Source of the DNA: Raja brachyura
Lineage: Eukaryota
Reading direction: 5' to 3'
DNA length: 64,000 nt
Assembly: GCA_963514005.1 (NCBI GenBank)
Contig: OY740806.1
Coordinates: 21,452,001-21,516,000 of the forward strand
The notes under the pieces were generated by a model. That model was not told the DNA's origin, made no database searches, and was given only the letters and a program-made list of their open reading frames with translations. Made by a program: the position numbers and the translations under genes. Position 1 is the stretch's first letter, and each line of letters begins with the position of its first letter. Shown in pieces: positions 12,775 to 25,977 of the stretch.

Positions 12775-13460
12775 ACACAATGTCCTGGAATAACTCAGTG
12801 GGTCAGATAGCATCTCTGGAGGGCACGGACAGGCAATGTTTTCAGCCAGGACCTTTCTTCAGACTGATTGCAGAAAACTGAAAAGAGGTGGGAGTGGGAC
12901 AAAAGCCAACTACTAATAGGTGGATAGAGGTGAGGGGGTGGTTGATTGCCAGTTGGGTGGCCATAAACCAAGGATGGAGAGTGCATAAAAGGGTGTCAGA
13001 TAAGGAGAGGAGTGAAGTGTAAAGCTAGAAGGATATGGGTGGGTGGGAGGAGAGGGGGGAGCAATGGACAGTCCCCTCAAACCCCACCCATTTTTTTCCA
13101 CTATCTGCCCCCTTTCTCCCCCTGCTTCCTGTCCCCTTCCACCTATATCCCTCCCTTTGGCTTTACATTTCACTCCTCTGTTCTTTTTATCTGACACCCT
13201 CATTCTCCTTTTTATCTTTAGCCTTTGTCCACCCCTTGACCAATCAACACCCCTCATCTATATCCACTTATCACTTACCAGGCTTTGTCTCATCCCATTG
13301 CTTTTCAAGCTATCTTCCCTCTACTGCAATCAGTCTGAAGAAGGGTCCCAACCCGAGACATCGCCTATCCATGTCCTCCAGAGATGCTGCCTGACCTGCC
13401 GATCTCTGCCAGACTGTGGTTTTACTCACAGTTTCAGCATCTGCAGTTCTTAGTGTCTCT
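12775..13460. mobile_element. Inverted pair of Penelope-like pseudo-LTR ends
   Basis: 12775-13067 (minus) and ~13072-13460 (plus) are diverged reverse complements. Each has the ctgaagaagggt.. motif and the gatgctgcctgacc terminal. Confidence 0.75.
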
Positions 13461-14147
13461 ATTATTGTATTACATTATTAATAATACCTTTTGTCCACTG
13501 AACCAAACTAATGAGATGAATAGTTTTTGTCACTGGAAATCTACTCTGTCCAGCTCCCATTTCAATTCTCCCCCACACCAGGTTCTATCTGTCCATCATC
13601 TCCTCCCCGTCTGATTCTACCTAACACCTACCAGCCTCTATTCAAACCCTCTACGTACTGCAATCTGCTGGAAATCTTTCCTGCCCCCTCTCAGTCCTAA
13701 TGCAGGGCCTGAAATATCAACTTATATCTTTTGCCCTCACACATATTGTGCTCTACATTGAATTCTTCCAGCATTCTGTCTTTATTCACACAGATAAAAC
13801 ATTTCCCTTGTAAAGCAAAACAAATGCAGATGCCTTAAACCTGAATTAAAAAGAGAAAGTGCTGTAAATACTCAGTAGGTCTAACCATGGCAAAGGAAAC
13901 AGAGCAACCATTTCTGGTTACTGACTTTTCATTCAGAAATTGATCCATGGTTGGTAGCATTAAATATGCAATCTAGTGATTGTTACATGCTGAATTATGC
14001 TTTCAAAATTCCGCTCCACTGACATTAACAAAATTGAAATTTGGAAGCAGACTGTAAGACAAAGTCATTACTATATTGTGCATTTCAGTGCTACTAACAG
14101 ATGAGAAAATTCTAACATCTCCAGAATGGGGAGAAAATAGGTCCAAA

Positions 14148-14453
14148 GGGCGACCCAGTGGCGCAGCGGTAGAGTTGCTATCTTATGGCGGCGACCTGGG
14201 TTCGATCCTGACTACGGGTGCTGTCCGTACAGAGTTTGTACGTTCTCCCTTGTGATCGCATGGGTTTTCACTGGGTGCTCTTGTTTCGTCCCAAGACGTA
14301 TAGGTTTGTAGGTTAATTGGCTTTGTTGAAAAATAAATTGTAAATTGTCCCTAGTGTACACGATAGTGCGAGTGTACGGGGATGATCGCTGGTTGGCGCA
14401 GACTCAGTGGGCCTAAGGGACTGTTTCCACGCTGTATCTCTAAAGTCTAAAGT
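14148..14453 (+). mobile_element. V-SINE (HE1-like)
   Basis: A and B boxes, conserved core, tail tgtatctctaaagtctaaag. Confidence 0.85.
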
Positions 14454-15799
14454 TTTTAATGTCTGAATGAAAAATGGAATAAACATCAATAAACATTAGA
14501 ATAGTATGTGTCCATTATAAAACAACTTGCTGGAAATCAAAAAAAGTTAAAAATGGTTGTATAATCAAATGGGGAGAGATCCCCAAAATAGACAGTGATT
14601 ATTAAAATTTGAATTAAATATCATAGTAAAGTCAAATAGATTCCCAAGTGTAATTAGTCTAATGATTACATTGTAAAATAATTAAGACCCTTCTCAATAA
14701 AATATACTTAATTGACATTTTAGCGGCTTAATACAAATTCTACATCTGTGTAATGAGCATCTTCAAATCACTGCATATCGTGAATACATTTTCAATTAGC
14801 AGCTACATTGTAATTCCCCTTTTTCTGTGAATGTTGCAGAATGTATATTGGAGAGTCGAGCTTGTGCCCAAAACAGGGTATGTATGGCTGGCACTTTACA
14901 ACCAGTATCAGAATGAAATATTCCCTGGCAGATTAATTTTTAGTGTTCATGTACAATGGATCAATTTACTGAGAGTCAATGTAGAACTAAGGAGGCAGCA
15001 TTTTCATCCTACTAGGTGAAACCAAGTTTTAGTTTTAGGTGGAATCGAGTTTCAAGTGAAATTATGCATTCTTCATATTTCCATGCCTAGGATCCCACTA
15101 ATTGATGTTGTTTTAGACAAGGGATGTACATTAGCAACATGATAATCAGCATGGATAATTGTACCATAGCTTTTATTTCTGGACTTGTAAACGGTTTAAT
15201 TTATTCATTGGTTTATTTGAGGATTTAGTTATGTTTAGTGGTTCTTCTTTCTCTGTTCAAATTTTCAGGAATATTTGATATTGTTACCGTTATAAGCTAT
15301 AATTTTACTATTTCATGGTGAAAGCACTCCAGTTGCTTTCTAATCATTTATATGTTGAATAGTTTATCTGAGTTTAGATTTGAGCTATATGGATACGCTG
15401 AAGGTTCCACATTGGATGGTAGGTTTGTGATCAACTGCTTAGTCCCATTGGGGTGAAAGCTTTCATGTCAGAATTAACCTCAGTTCCCCAAGGCTAGGGA
15501 AAGAGAGAGGAAAACAAAAGGACATTTCTGAAGCCTGCTACAAAATAGTACTCCACTGTTGAAGGACCATATTGGTGGAGACAGTGCAGGGGCTATCTTA
15601 TCCCCCTTGAGGGTAAAGACAGTTTGTAAAAACTCAATATTTTATTTTATATATGGGTAAGGCATCAAAAAGATATATTTGCCTGCACCTCAGCACAAGT
15701 CAGTGTGTTCTGTGCAAGAGGTTGGGATTGGGGGAAATTAACATATAAAGTTGGCATTTTAGCAATACATCGATGATGAAATCTGTGTCTTTGTGACAG

Positions 15800-16025
15800 A
15801 TTTATGAGTTCAACGGAGAGCCACGAGGGCTAAAAGGACCTTATCAGGGCAGAATTCTGTGGAGTGGAAGTAAAGATCTGCAAGATGTATCCATAACCAT
15901 AGTGAATGTTACCCTTAACGACAGTGGTTTGTACCGGTGCACGATCAAACGCTATTTTAATTATAAGATACACAGACCTTCTGTGACAGATGTGAAAGAT
16001 GTTCAGCTAACAGTACACGAAGACG
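15800..16025 (+). CDS. SCN3B: SCN3B coding exon (Ig-V domain, C-terminal half)
   Basis: tgacAG/GTgagg boundaries, 226 bp. IYEFNGEPRGLKGPYQGRILWSGSKDLQDVSITIVNVTLNDSGLYRCTIKRYFNYKIHRPSVTDVKDVQLTVHED matches human GSKDLQDVSITVLNVTLNDSGLYTC. Confidence 0.96.
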
Positions 16026-17049
16026 GTGAGGAGATTAAGTTCTGTGTTCTGAGAATTGCAGAATTTAGTTCACAACAATGATGGTTAATATTGTTTAACC
16101 TGTGAAAGGCACCAACCTTTTGAACATTTCTCATGGATAAAGGTGTTGTAGAATACTCCACAAACCTATAATGATTCAAAGGCTTGAATAGAACTAATGA
16201 ATAGATAATGCTGCAATTTGAATTGTGAAACATTATTGTTAAATATGAATTTTAACTTTGGTTTTCACATACAGGTTAACATTAAGTCTTAAAGACATAC
16301 CTAGCAATTTGTAGCCTGTCTGGATTGGCTAATTGCAGTTCAGGTAGCAGCTGGCTGCTGATCTCCCCTGGGATAAAAGACAAAAATAAAACAGCGTATT
16401 TTAGATCTCCATCCAGGGATTAATTCTGAGTTGTAAGGAATAAACCTACTGACACACTATGTCCAAGCTCATAAAGCACCACTTTTGCAAGAGGGCAATG
16501 TCAATAAATGGTTATTTAAAGGAAGGAAAGGAGATAAAACATAGGAAGGAAGTCATAACTAAAAATACGATTATGTAATTGCAGTTTATCAAGTTAGAAT
16601 AGCAAGGGTATAATGGGTCCAAAGTATGCAATCGGAAAATTAATACATTTAATCCTTCATTTATGTATAGCAATTAAAACCAAATTAAGTGACTAGTTTA
16701 ACATTAAAAAAATATATATATATTTAATAATATTTATATTAATTAAAATGTCTTCCATTTCTAACTACAGTATACTGGAAACTTATGAAGAGTAAAATAT
16801 TTATTGCCATTTGAACTTTAATTCATCTTTCTCATTCTTCATTTTAAAAAGTTGTGTTAACCTATATATGTATATCACACTCATCCAGTTCGCCTGAAGA
16901 GTTTTAGACATGTGGATGTAGAACCCCTTTAATTTATTAATACTTCACCATTTTAATAAAGGAAATGCTGTGAAGAAATTAACAGTATTTCTCCAAAAAG
17001 GCACCACAGTGGCAATGGAGTATGGACAAAATAAATTATCACAAGTTCA

Positions 17050-17480
17050 CGTTATAGGAGTAGAATTAGGCCATTCGGCCCATCGAGACCACTCTGACAT
17101 TCAATCATGGCTGATCTCTGCCTCCTAATCCCATTTTCCTGCATTCTCCCCATAATCCTTGACACCCATTCTAATCAAGAATTTGTCTATCTCTGCCTTA
17201 AAAATATCCACTGACAGGGCCTCCACAGCCCTCCATGGCAATGTTCCACAGATTAACTTCCCTCTTACTAAAGAAGCTCCTCCTCACCTCCTTTCTAAAA
17301 GAGTGCCCTTTAATTCTGAGGCTATGACCTCTGGTCCTGGGCTGTCCCACCAGTGGGAACATCCTTTCCACATCCACTCTATCCTTTTCATTATTCTGTA
17401 AGTTTCAATGAGGTCCCCCCTCAACCTTCTAAAATCCAGCAAGAAGAGGCCCAGTGCTGTCAAACACTCATCATATGCTA
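17050..17480 (-). mobile_element. CR1 LINE 3' fragment
   Basis: Tail aattaggccattcggcccatcgag...caatcatggctgatct, and RT C-terminal remnants. Confidence 0.8.
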
Positions 17481-18862
17481 ACTCACTGATATACTTGCTC
17501 AGATTGTTTATTTAATTGGATGGTTTGACTTCCTTCAAGGCAGAAGCTTTCAACATGCACCTTTATAATCTACAAAATATCTTTAATGATAGTAAACATG
17601 CAACAGGAAATGAGGGAAAGGAACGGTTACTTCTAACAGAATCTAGAACCTCAGCAATTTTAAGTTACATTTGGCACCTGTTAGCTCACGACTGAACATT
17701 TTAATTAGTATTTCACTAAACATTGATAAGTAAAATTAAAATAGACGTATGCATGGGACTAAATAGAAGCTGAATTATCAAACACACAATTGAAAATAGT
17801 AGTATTTGTGGCTGTTATTCTGGTGAAGTAACAATCCATGCACACAGACAAAAAAAAATAAAAGACGGAGAAGTTGTTTGGTATTTGTATTGGCAATTTC
17901 TTAACTTTCCAATGTCCAACTTTTGATTGCCATTACTACTCGGGGATGTAGAAGATATATAGCTTACGCACTCGTCTATAGCAAAAACGAATCTCCCAGT
18001 CATTGTTTCTTGATTGATTGGTCTTTTATTGAAGTAATACAAACAAATAAATGATTTATATCAAGTATTTCTTATTCTAATACAAATTGTAAGTTTTCAT
18101 TCTTTCTAACTGTTTCATCTGTGTCGTGTTGTATAGAGTCGTGTGAGAGTGGAAAAAAATGTTGTCTCAATCATCTCTCAAGGCTAAACTGAATCCCAAT
18201 CTCTGTGGATACTCCAGCCTGCCTACTACGCCCGACCACGTATCAAATCCCACCCACAAGCATACAAAAAATATAAAACTAGAAATATCGAGACATGGCT
18301 ATAATATACTAACTTAAAAATAAATGGCTCCTACAGTATTAATAGTATTGTGTTGATAATATACCATAAAAATTTCACTTAACTCATTCACCAAAGCTCA
18401 ATCTTCAAATCGCTTGCATATTTAGATTTAAAAATGGAAAATTAAACTTGCCACTATTCTATTAATTTTATGATTACACTTCCAGAAACTCCAACAGTGC
18501 TCACTCTGGATGAACAGGAGACCACTTACAATGGCATTTGGATTTTGTGGTTCATTGCACGCATCCAGATACCATAAGGTCCATCAGTTCTAGTGTCATG
18601 ATGATGATGATGATGAATTCACCATCATTACATCTGCAAAAACTGGACCAACTTGTTTTCAACTTCAAGTCATAACCTGAAACTTTCAGCAGCAGACATC
18701 ATTCAGACTAAATATTTAGCAATGAAGCCTGTGAATCATATCCCATTGCAATGGATCCAATCAATTTCAAACTATCATCTCAAACAGCTTCCGATTCCAA
18801 TAGAGAAAGTGGGAAAATGAAAATATAACATTAGATTCCGAAGAAAGTTTAACTCGATATAG

Positions 18863-19063
<201 letters not shown>

Positions 19064-19584
19064 TAAGTAACATCAGAACATTGTGTACTAGTTTTGGGCC
19101 TGATTTTGCTGAGGCATTGTCAAGGGCATTTAATATTATTCTGAGAACATTAAACACCTGATAAATGCAGATGGTATACTGAGGATCTAAAATAATCACT
19201 GAGCATGTTTCACGACTGTGGTTTGACCAACAGCATTCTGCATAAAACTTAGCAGTTTAGGGGGACTCAGAATAAGCTAGTAGAATGTGAGGCACCTTAC
19301 CTTCTCATCAGGGTCTTGATGGCCTCCAGTGGCAGGCACATTTATATAGCCACAGAAATGCAAAGTAAATAAGCAACTGGGTCCATCCCCGTATACATTC
19401 AGAGAGGTGGCTTAACCCTATTTGAAACTGCCTCTGTCATTGTTGATTGAGTTGACTATAGACAACGGATAGCATCCCTGACCTGATTCCCTCTGAACAA
19501 TTATATGAGAACTACTGTGCTAATGCTTTGGCCCACTCTCAGATGCCTTCCCAGGTTCCATGAACATTAGGCCCATTCCAATAT

Positions 19585-19680
19585 CAGTCTGAAGAAGGGT
19601 CTCGACCCTAAACCTCACCCATTCCTTCTCTCCAGAGACGCTGCCTGTGCTGCTGAGTTACTCCAGCATTTTGTGTCTAT
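19585..19680 (+). mobile_element. Penelope-like end, hammerhead core mutated
   Basis: cagtctgaagaagggtctcgaccctaaacctcacc...gagttactccagcattttgtgtc. Confidence 0.75.
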
Positions 19681-20053
19681 TCTCAATATCACAGGACCAA
19701 CCAATGAATCATATGGAATAGATTCCAGCATTTCTTTGGCTATGCTTGAATTTCTATGTCTTGGATGCTTAAAGTAATTAAATATATAGTTATTTTCACA
19801 TTCTTATTCAGACCTTTATATATTTTGTGCAATATCATTGTTCTTTTTTTTTTTAAACGTTTACTTTAATTATTCTTGGCTCTTTTGAAATTGCATCCAA
19901 AAAAATGGTAACATTGGGTATTTCATGCTTACTGGATAAAAAAACAGAAAATAGTTTTGCTTGTCTTTAGTAGACCAGGTCCAAGGCAATCACAATGAAA
20001 TTATGTGGCATTCTGGACATTCAAATTGATTTCCAATCCAATTACCTTTACAG

Positions 20054-20120
20054 GGCAGATTATCTGGCAATACCCTCTGGAAACAAAGAGAAGCAGTCAA
20101 CCGTTCCTGTGGAGGAATAG
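20054..20120 (+). CDS. SCN3B: SCN3B last coding exon (cytoplasmic tail, stop TAG)
   Basis: ttacAG acceptor. ADYLAIPSGNKEKQSTVPVEE* versus human SDYLAIPSENKENSAVPVEE*. The exon probably continues to a GTaaga donor at 20151. Confidence 0.95.
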
Positions 20121-20233
20121 AAACATTTGCTTTGGATCTAGGATGCATTGGTAAGAATAATTTGGTATACGTTGTGCTCAAAGTAAAATCAAAGTTTCAA
20201 AATATAGAGTTATCAGACAACATAATTTGAAGA

Positions 20234-20360
20234 AGTCTGAAGAAGGGTATCGACCCAAAACGTCACCTATTCCTTCGCTCCATTGATGCTGCCTCACCCG
20301 CTGAGTTTCTCCAGCATTTTTGTCTACCTTCGATTTATCCAGTATCTGCAGTTCTTTCTT
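20234..20360 (+). mobile_element. Penelope-like end, hammerhead core mutated
   Basis: agtctgaagaagggtatcgacccaaaacgtcacc...ccagtatctgcagttc. Confidence 0.75.
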
Positions 20361-20535
20361 AAACAGGCAATATAATTTTGTTATTAGAAAGTACGTTGTG
20401 GGAAATTCTTAAAACAAATCAGTTGATTATATGTCTAAAAACATGATTTGGAATTCAAATGTATAATAGGAGTAAGTATTTGTTATTAATAGCCTCTGAA
20501 AATGGTCTCAATACGTAACTGGAATGTGATACTTA

Positions 20536-21248
20536 TGGGCCTGTCCCACTTAGGTGACTTTGTAGGCGACTGCAGGAGACTATGCGGTCGCCACATGTTC
20601 GCGAGTGGTTGCCGGGGAGTTGCCTTCAGGGTCGTGAGGAGTTCCCACATTTTGGGAACTAGTCACGGCCCCATTATGGTCGCAGCAAATGTTTCAACAT
20701 GTTGAAAAATGATTGGCGACCAGAATGAAGCCACCGTGAAGAGTAGCGAGAATTATCGTGCCGTAGGTGCAGTGGTAGTGGGTTGCCAGGAGGTCGAAGG
20801 TTCTTGTAGGTTGTTGCCGGTGCTGACCGGTGAATTTCATTGGCTCATTGGGGAAAAGAAAACGTAAGCAGTAGTTTTCAAAAACAAGGATAACATACTG
20901 GTAATGTTAATGTCCGCTGACCTTCACAGCCGTGTATCTCTGGCTTCTTAAAAGTTGTCTCCACTCCTTCTCCCTCCTCCCCCCCTCTTTTAAAGGACTT
21001 ATGTGACCCTTCCCATACACTGTGCTTTCACCATCTTAATTACAGCGCCAAACTTCCTTTTCATTGCGGTGTGTGTCTGTGTCACATTGGCTTTGCAGTG
21101 TGTGAATTTCACTCAGACAGCACTCCCCCCGCTTGCCCTGTCCCCCACCTGCATAACGGGCTGGTGAAGGAAGCGATGTGAGTGCGTGTTCCACTCTGAC
21201 AGTCGCTGTTCCAGTCGCCTGAAAAATCGCCTAAGTGGGACAGGCCCA
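20536..21248. mobile_element. Harbinger-type non-autonomous element (~710 bp family)
   Basis: TTA TSD. TIR tgggcctgtcccacttagg...cctaagtgggacaggccca. A second copy lies at 41327-42024. Confidence 0.9.
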
Positions 21249-21429
21249 TTAATATTTTCAAACTAAAGCAAATCCAGTCCATTTAAACTCTGATCATTGT
21301 TTTTAGTTTTCAATGGAGTTCTCATACATGGAACTAGATGCTATCAAAATTAGTGTCTACTATGTTAGTTAACTTCAAGTGAGCCCACAAGGAATAAAGA
21401 TTTATAAAATAAGAACACAAGAATCACGA

Positions 21430-21760
21430 GAAGGTATCAGCCATTTCACCCTTCACTCATTGCTTTCTGTCCAAGAGCCAATTTTCTATCCGTGTCATTA
21501 TACAAACCCCAACTCCGTGTGTTCCAACTTTAAGGATAATCTTCTAACATGGGACCTCATTGAAAGCTTTCTGAAAATCCAAATATGCCAAATATACTGG
21601 CTCCCCCTTATCCATGCTTTCACCCACATCCTCAAAGGATTACAGTTGAGTAATCAATCTTAATATTCCTTTCAGTCTGATCCTATTATTCTATACAAGG
21701 TGTTTTACTATTACAAAGCTCATTGTTGATTCCAGCAAATTCCCAACTGTGGACACAAGG
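21430..21760 (-). mobile_element. CR1 LINE RT remnant
   Basis: rc of the YLDFQKAF.EVP-type motif (aaagctttctgaaaatccaaata). Confidence 0.6.
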
Positions 21761-22004
21761 CTAAATGGTTGGTGGTGTGACTCAGAATGCATGTGATGCA
21801 AGATTTCAGGAGGAATCAATAGATTTTTTTCTGGTGCTCTCCCATTTTGGTTGTTCATGGAGTAATCATCTATTCAGTAAAAGAAGAGATCTGAATTAAC
21901 ATTGTGAGAACAAAGGACCTCATAGGTGCAGGCTATCACACCCTGCAGGAATCTTGCAGTCGGTGAAAATTCATGTGCCTGTGCTGCCTGGTACTGTCAG
22001 CACT

Positions 22005-22290
22005 ATCAGTAAGTTTGCAGATAGCACTAAAGATCTCGTGAATAGGGAAGGGTCTCGACCCAAAACATCACCCGTCCCTACTCTCCAGGGATGCTGCCTG
22101 TCCCGCTGAGTTACGCCTACCTTTTGCGTCTATCTTCGTGAATAGAGAAGATGGTTGTCAAAAATTATAGCCAGGTCTTGATCAGTTAGGCAAATGGGTT
22201 GTCGAATGTGTAATGACGTCCAATGCGGGTGGTGTAAGGTGTTACATTTTAGCAAATCAAACCAGGCAGGACCTACACAGTGAATAGCAG
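22005..22290 (+). mobile_element. CR1 RT remnant interrupted by a short Penelope-end fragment (~22046-22135)
   Basis: ISKFADST(K) motif agtaagtttgcagatagcactaaa. A direct repeat tcgtgaatag flanks the insert. Confidence 0.6.
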
Positions 22291-23630
22291 AATCCAGAGT
22301 CTCCTAAAAACGCTAGCCTTCCAGTCCCAGTAACATACTCGTAAAGCTTTTCTGCCACCTTTCCAGCTCCATGCAAGCTATATGATTATGGCTGTACGAT
22401 TAGACTATCCAACAATGCTTTATCATGAAGGAATGGCAGAGGTGAAGAATTATAAAACTCAGTAGAGGCAGTTCTTTCTTTATCATGGTTTTTTTTAAAG
22501 CAATGCTTGCAAAAACATAGGAAACCAGTTCTGATAAGGCACTCTGCCAATACAAGCAAAATCCCAGTAATGGCTATCATGTTGATAATGCAAATATGAG
22601 CCGTGCATAACTCATATAATATAACAATTAGATTTCCTATTTCAAACAGCCTTGGTCTGTTGACAACTCAAACCTGCAATTGTATAATGGCTCCAAGTCC
22701 TCATTTGGACAACTGGCCAAGCTGGTCTACCCTCTCAGAGTTCCCTCACCTCTATCGTGAAAGCCCTCCAGGCGCAGGCACATGGCTGAAGATCTCTTTC
22801 ATCACCTCACTAATCTCTGTCATACTGATTTAAGAAAATCCTGTCCCCAGATGCATTGCTCCTGACAGGTTGAAATAGGAATAAAGCTTCCATTAATCGT
22901 GGAATAGGACCCCCTCAGCCTTTTACTCTCTGATCAACCTATGTCTCTTGTTCCTCGGCTGCTGGTCAGGCTGGAGGTGCAGTGCGAGCCCATCTGAGCC
23001 ATACATGACTAATCATTTATTCTGATAGATCTCTAGCAGGTGACCACCTAAACCAAATTGATGTCTCTGCGACACTTTTATAAGAGATCATTTTATCAGA
23101 GAAGAAGAATTTTTACTAAGTGAGCAAGAAACACGAAAATACATCTTGGATTTGCAGTAATTTGTAATTGTGCTACTGACAGTTGTTCATGCATGTCTAC
23201 AGTACATTTGATCCTACAACCAAAGATGAGAATCTGCTCCGTGTGAAAATAGTCCTGTAATTTTATGAGAATGAAAAAATAAAAGGTACTCAACTTTCGA
23301 ATGCAATCCAATGGAGCGCTTATCTAAGATGATCAGTTTAGCAATATTTTCAGGACATGTACCATCCATAAAATGTGAATATTAATTAACAGAACTATTT
23401 TACAATTATTTTGTGCAGATATCCTAATGTTATAAACCTAAGTGTCTCATTGATGAATAAAGGTGTCTTATAAGTAATTGATCCTACCACTGAGCATGTA
23501 ATACCACAACCGCATCAATTACCTCCGCATCAATAAAATAAATAAAACAAAAACAGTTCTAAGCTACACAGTAAAAGTCTGTGCTTCAGGCAGAGCTTTT
23601 ACTAATAGATTGTTCATACATCTATCTAAC

Positions 23631-23759
23631 NNNNNNNNNNNNNNNNNNNNNNNNNNNNNNNNNNNNNNNNNNNNNNNNNNNNNNNNNNNNNNNNNNNNNN
23701 NNNNNNNNNNNNNNNNNNNNNNNNNNNNNNNNNNNNNNNNNNNNNNNNNNNNNNNNNNN
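23631..23759. other. Assembly gap (129 N)
   Basis: Run of n. Confidence 1.
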
Positions 23760-24425
23760 GAAAATTCAGATGTCCAGTAGCCAACACAGGCAGAACGTAA
23801 AGCAGACAATACATATTTTAAAAGACCCCAATAAATAAATATTAAAAGTGCAAAGCCCCATACAGCTTAACGGTCAGTATTATAAAATCTAATGGCTACA
23901 GGGGTGAAGGATCTCCTGAAATGCTCCTTTCTACAGCTCAGGGAGAGGAGCCAGTTGTTGTTCCGTGTGCGCCTCTGACCCTCCAGAATTTCATGGAGGG
24001 GGTGCCCGGAATTGTTGAGGATGACCCGCACCTTGCTCCTCATACACCTCTCAGGCACATCCACCACAGAGTCCACTCTCCCCCCCAGCACTGAGCTAGC
24101 TCTTTTCACCAGCTTGCCCAGCTTCTTGCTGTTTTTATCAGTGATGTTGTTACCCCAGCAGACAACAGCGTAGAAGATGACACTTGCAACAACAGTATGG
24201 TAAAACAAGTACAGCATTTCATTGCACACATTGAAGGATCTGAGCCTTCTGAGGAAAAATAGATTGCTCTGTCCTTTTTTGTAGAGGGCATCGGTGTTGA
24301 CAGACCAGTCCAGTTTGTTATGAAGGCGCACTGCCAGATATTTGTATGTCTACACCACCTCAATGTCCACCTCTGCAGTGTTAACCGGCTGAAGGGGGAG
24401 CTTGGACACAGCCAAAGTTAACAAC
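23760..24425 (-). mobile_element. Rex1/Babar-clade LINE fragment (different subfamily)
   Basis: NKLDWSVNTDALYKKGQS.LFFLRRLRSFNVC...SVIFYAVVCWG...RRSFTPVAIRFYN. Confidence 0.85.
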
Positions 24426-24489
24426 CATCTCTTTAGCAAACGATGACCCATACATTTGTTGCTCCAATGTTTATTTATTCAATTGATAT

Positions 24490-25160
24490 GGGGGTTGCAC
24501 GGTGAACCACTTCCATTTGCCTTTGAGAAGGTGGTGCTTGAATGCTGCATTCCTTAAGGTGTGTGTGTATTCAAAATGGTGTTAGGGAGGGAGATCTACG
24601 ATTTTGACACAGCATTGGTGAAGGAACTGCAAATTATTTCCATTTCCGGAAGTTGTACGGATTGGAGGGCAACATCCAGGTGGTGGTGTTGATGTTTTTT
24701 ATTCCCTTGTCCTTCAAGCTGGTAGAGGTAATGGGTTTGGAAGGCTCTGTCTAACTAGTCTTGGTGAGCAGGCTGTTATGTCCTGTATCGTGTAATGCTT
24801 CTTAAGCTTTGTTGAAGCTGCAGTCATTCATGCAAGCGGAGAGCATTCCATCGCACTCCTGACTTGAGCCTTGTAAATGGCAGACAGGCTTTGGGAGCTA
24901 CTGGGCATAGGATTCCTAGATACTGACCTGCTCTTATAGCTGCACGGCATATACAGCTGCTCCAGTTTAGTTCTGGTCTGTGGTAATGCCAAATATGTTG
25001 GAAATGGGGGATTTAGAGATGGCAAAGCCTTTGAATGTCAGGAGTGATAGCTCAATTTTCTCTTGGTGGATAGTGCATTGCCTGGCCCTAGTGTGATGTG
25101 AATATTCTATGCCATCTATCAACCCAAGCCTGGATATTGTCAGACTGTGGATGTGGACCT
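24490..25160 (-). mobile_element. Old non-LTR retroelement 3' fragment
   Basis: Degenerate RT C-terminal motif IYKAQVRSAME.SPLA and a LINE-type tail (rc of gagaaggtggtg). Confidence 0.6.
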
Positions 25161-25977
25161 ATTTCTCAAGATGATCAACACAATCAAAATGATTGTTATC
25201 AATTGTTATATATGAATGTTTTCTTGATAAATCAATAAAAAATGAGATCTCTATATCACTTCACAGGGAGCAAATCAAAAATATTTTGCCCAGATTTTTA
25301 TTTTAGAATGATACAATTGTGTTACCTATTACTCACATTGTGCCCAGTTGCTCAGAAATTGTTTGAAGACTTGTTAAGTGAGATTTCATGGGAGCATTCT
25401 GCTGAGACATTTACTCCTCACCAAGAAAGTATGCCTTGGTTTGGGAGAGACTTTTAAATAGGACAAATAACCATAAAGAAATTGAGGAAATATATGTAGT
25501 TCCTCTCTGGCCCCCTCATGAGATAGAAGCTAATCTATAAGACCATATTAACTATCGTACACACACCCGAGAACTAGCCTAGTTTAATTGAAATTGTAAA
25601 TTTAGTTTTTTTCTTTCAGATTCTGTCTGCTTTGATTATATTTCTATGGGTATCATTCAAAAGCAGTGAAATTGAAGTAGACCATTGTAGTTAAGGCACA
25701 ATACTGGTATTGATACACTGAGCCAAATGGGTTTCTATATTTTAATTTAATTGATCAAAAATCTTTTCAGCTTAGATTTTCAGTGTTTATAGTTTGTATT
25801 TTTTCAATTAATTAAATTACAATTAAATATGCTTTTAAATAAATAACATTATGTTAAACTCAATAGACCTTGTGGACTACATCCACGGATCTGTAATATA
25901 TTTTCACAGATATTTTACTATGTAATAAGGTTAGAATATATATTTGGTATCTTGTCCAACTACTGTTTCTTCTCAAG

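Noticed and set aside
23564-23838. ORFs spanning the N run
   Set aside because: Artefacts of the assembly gap.
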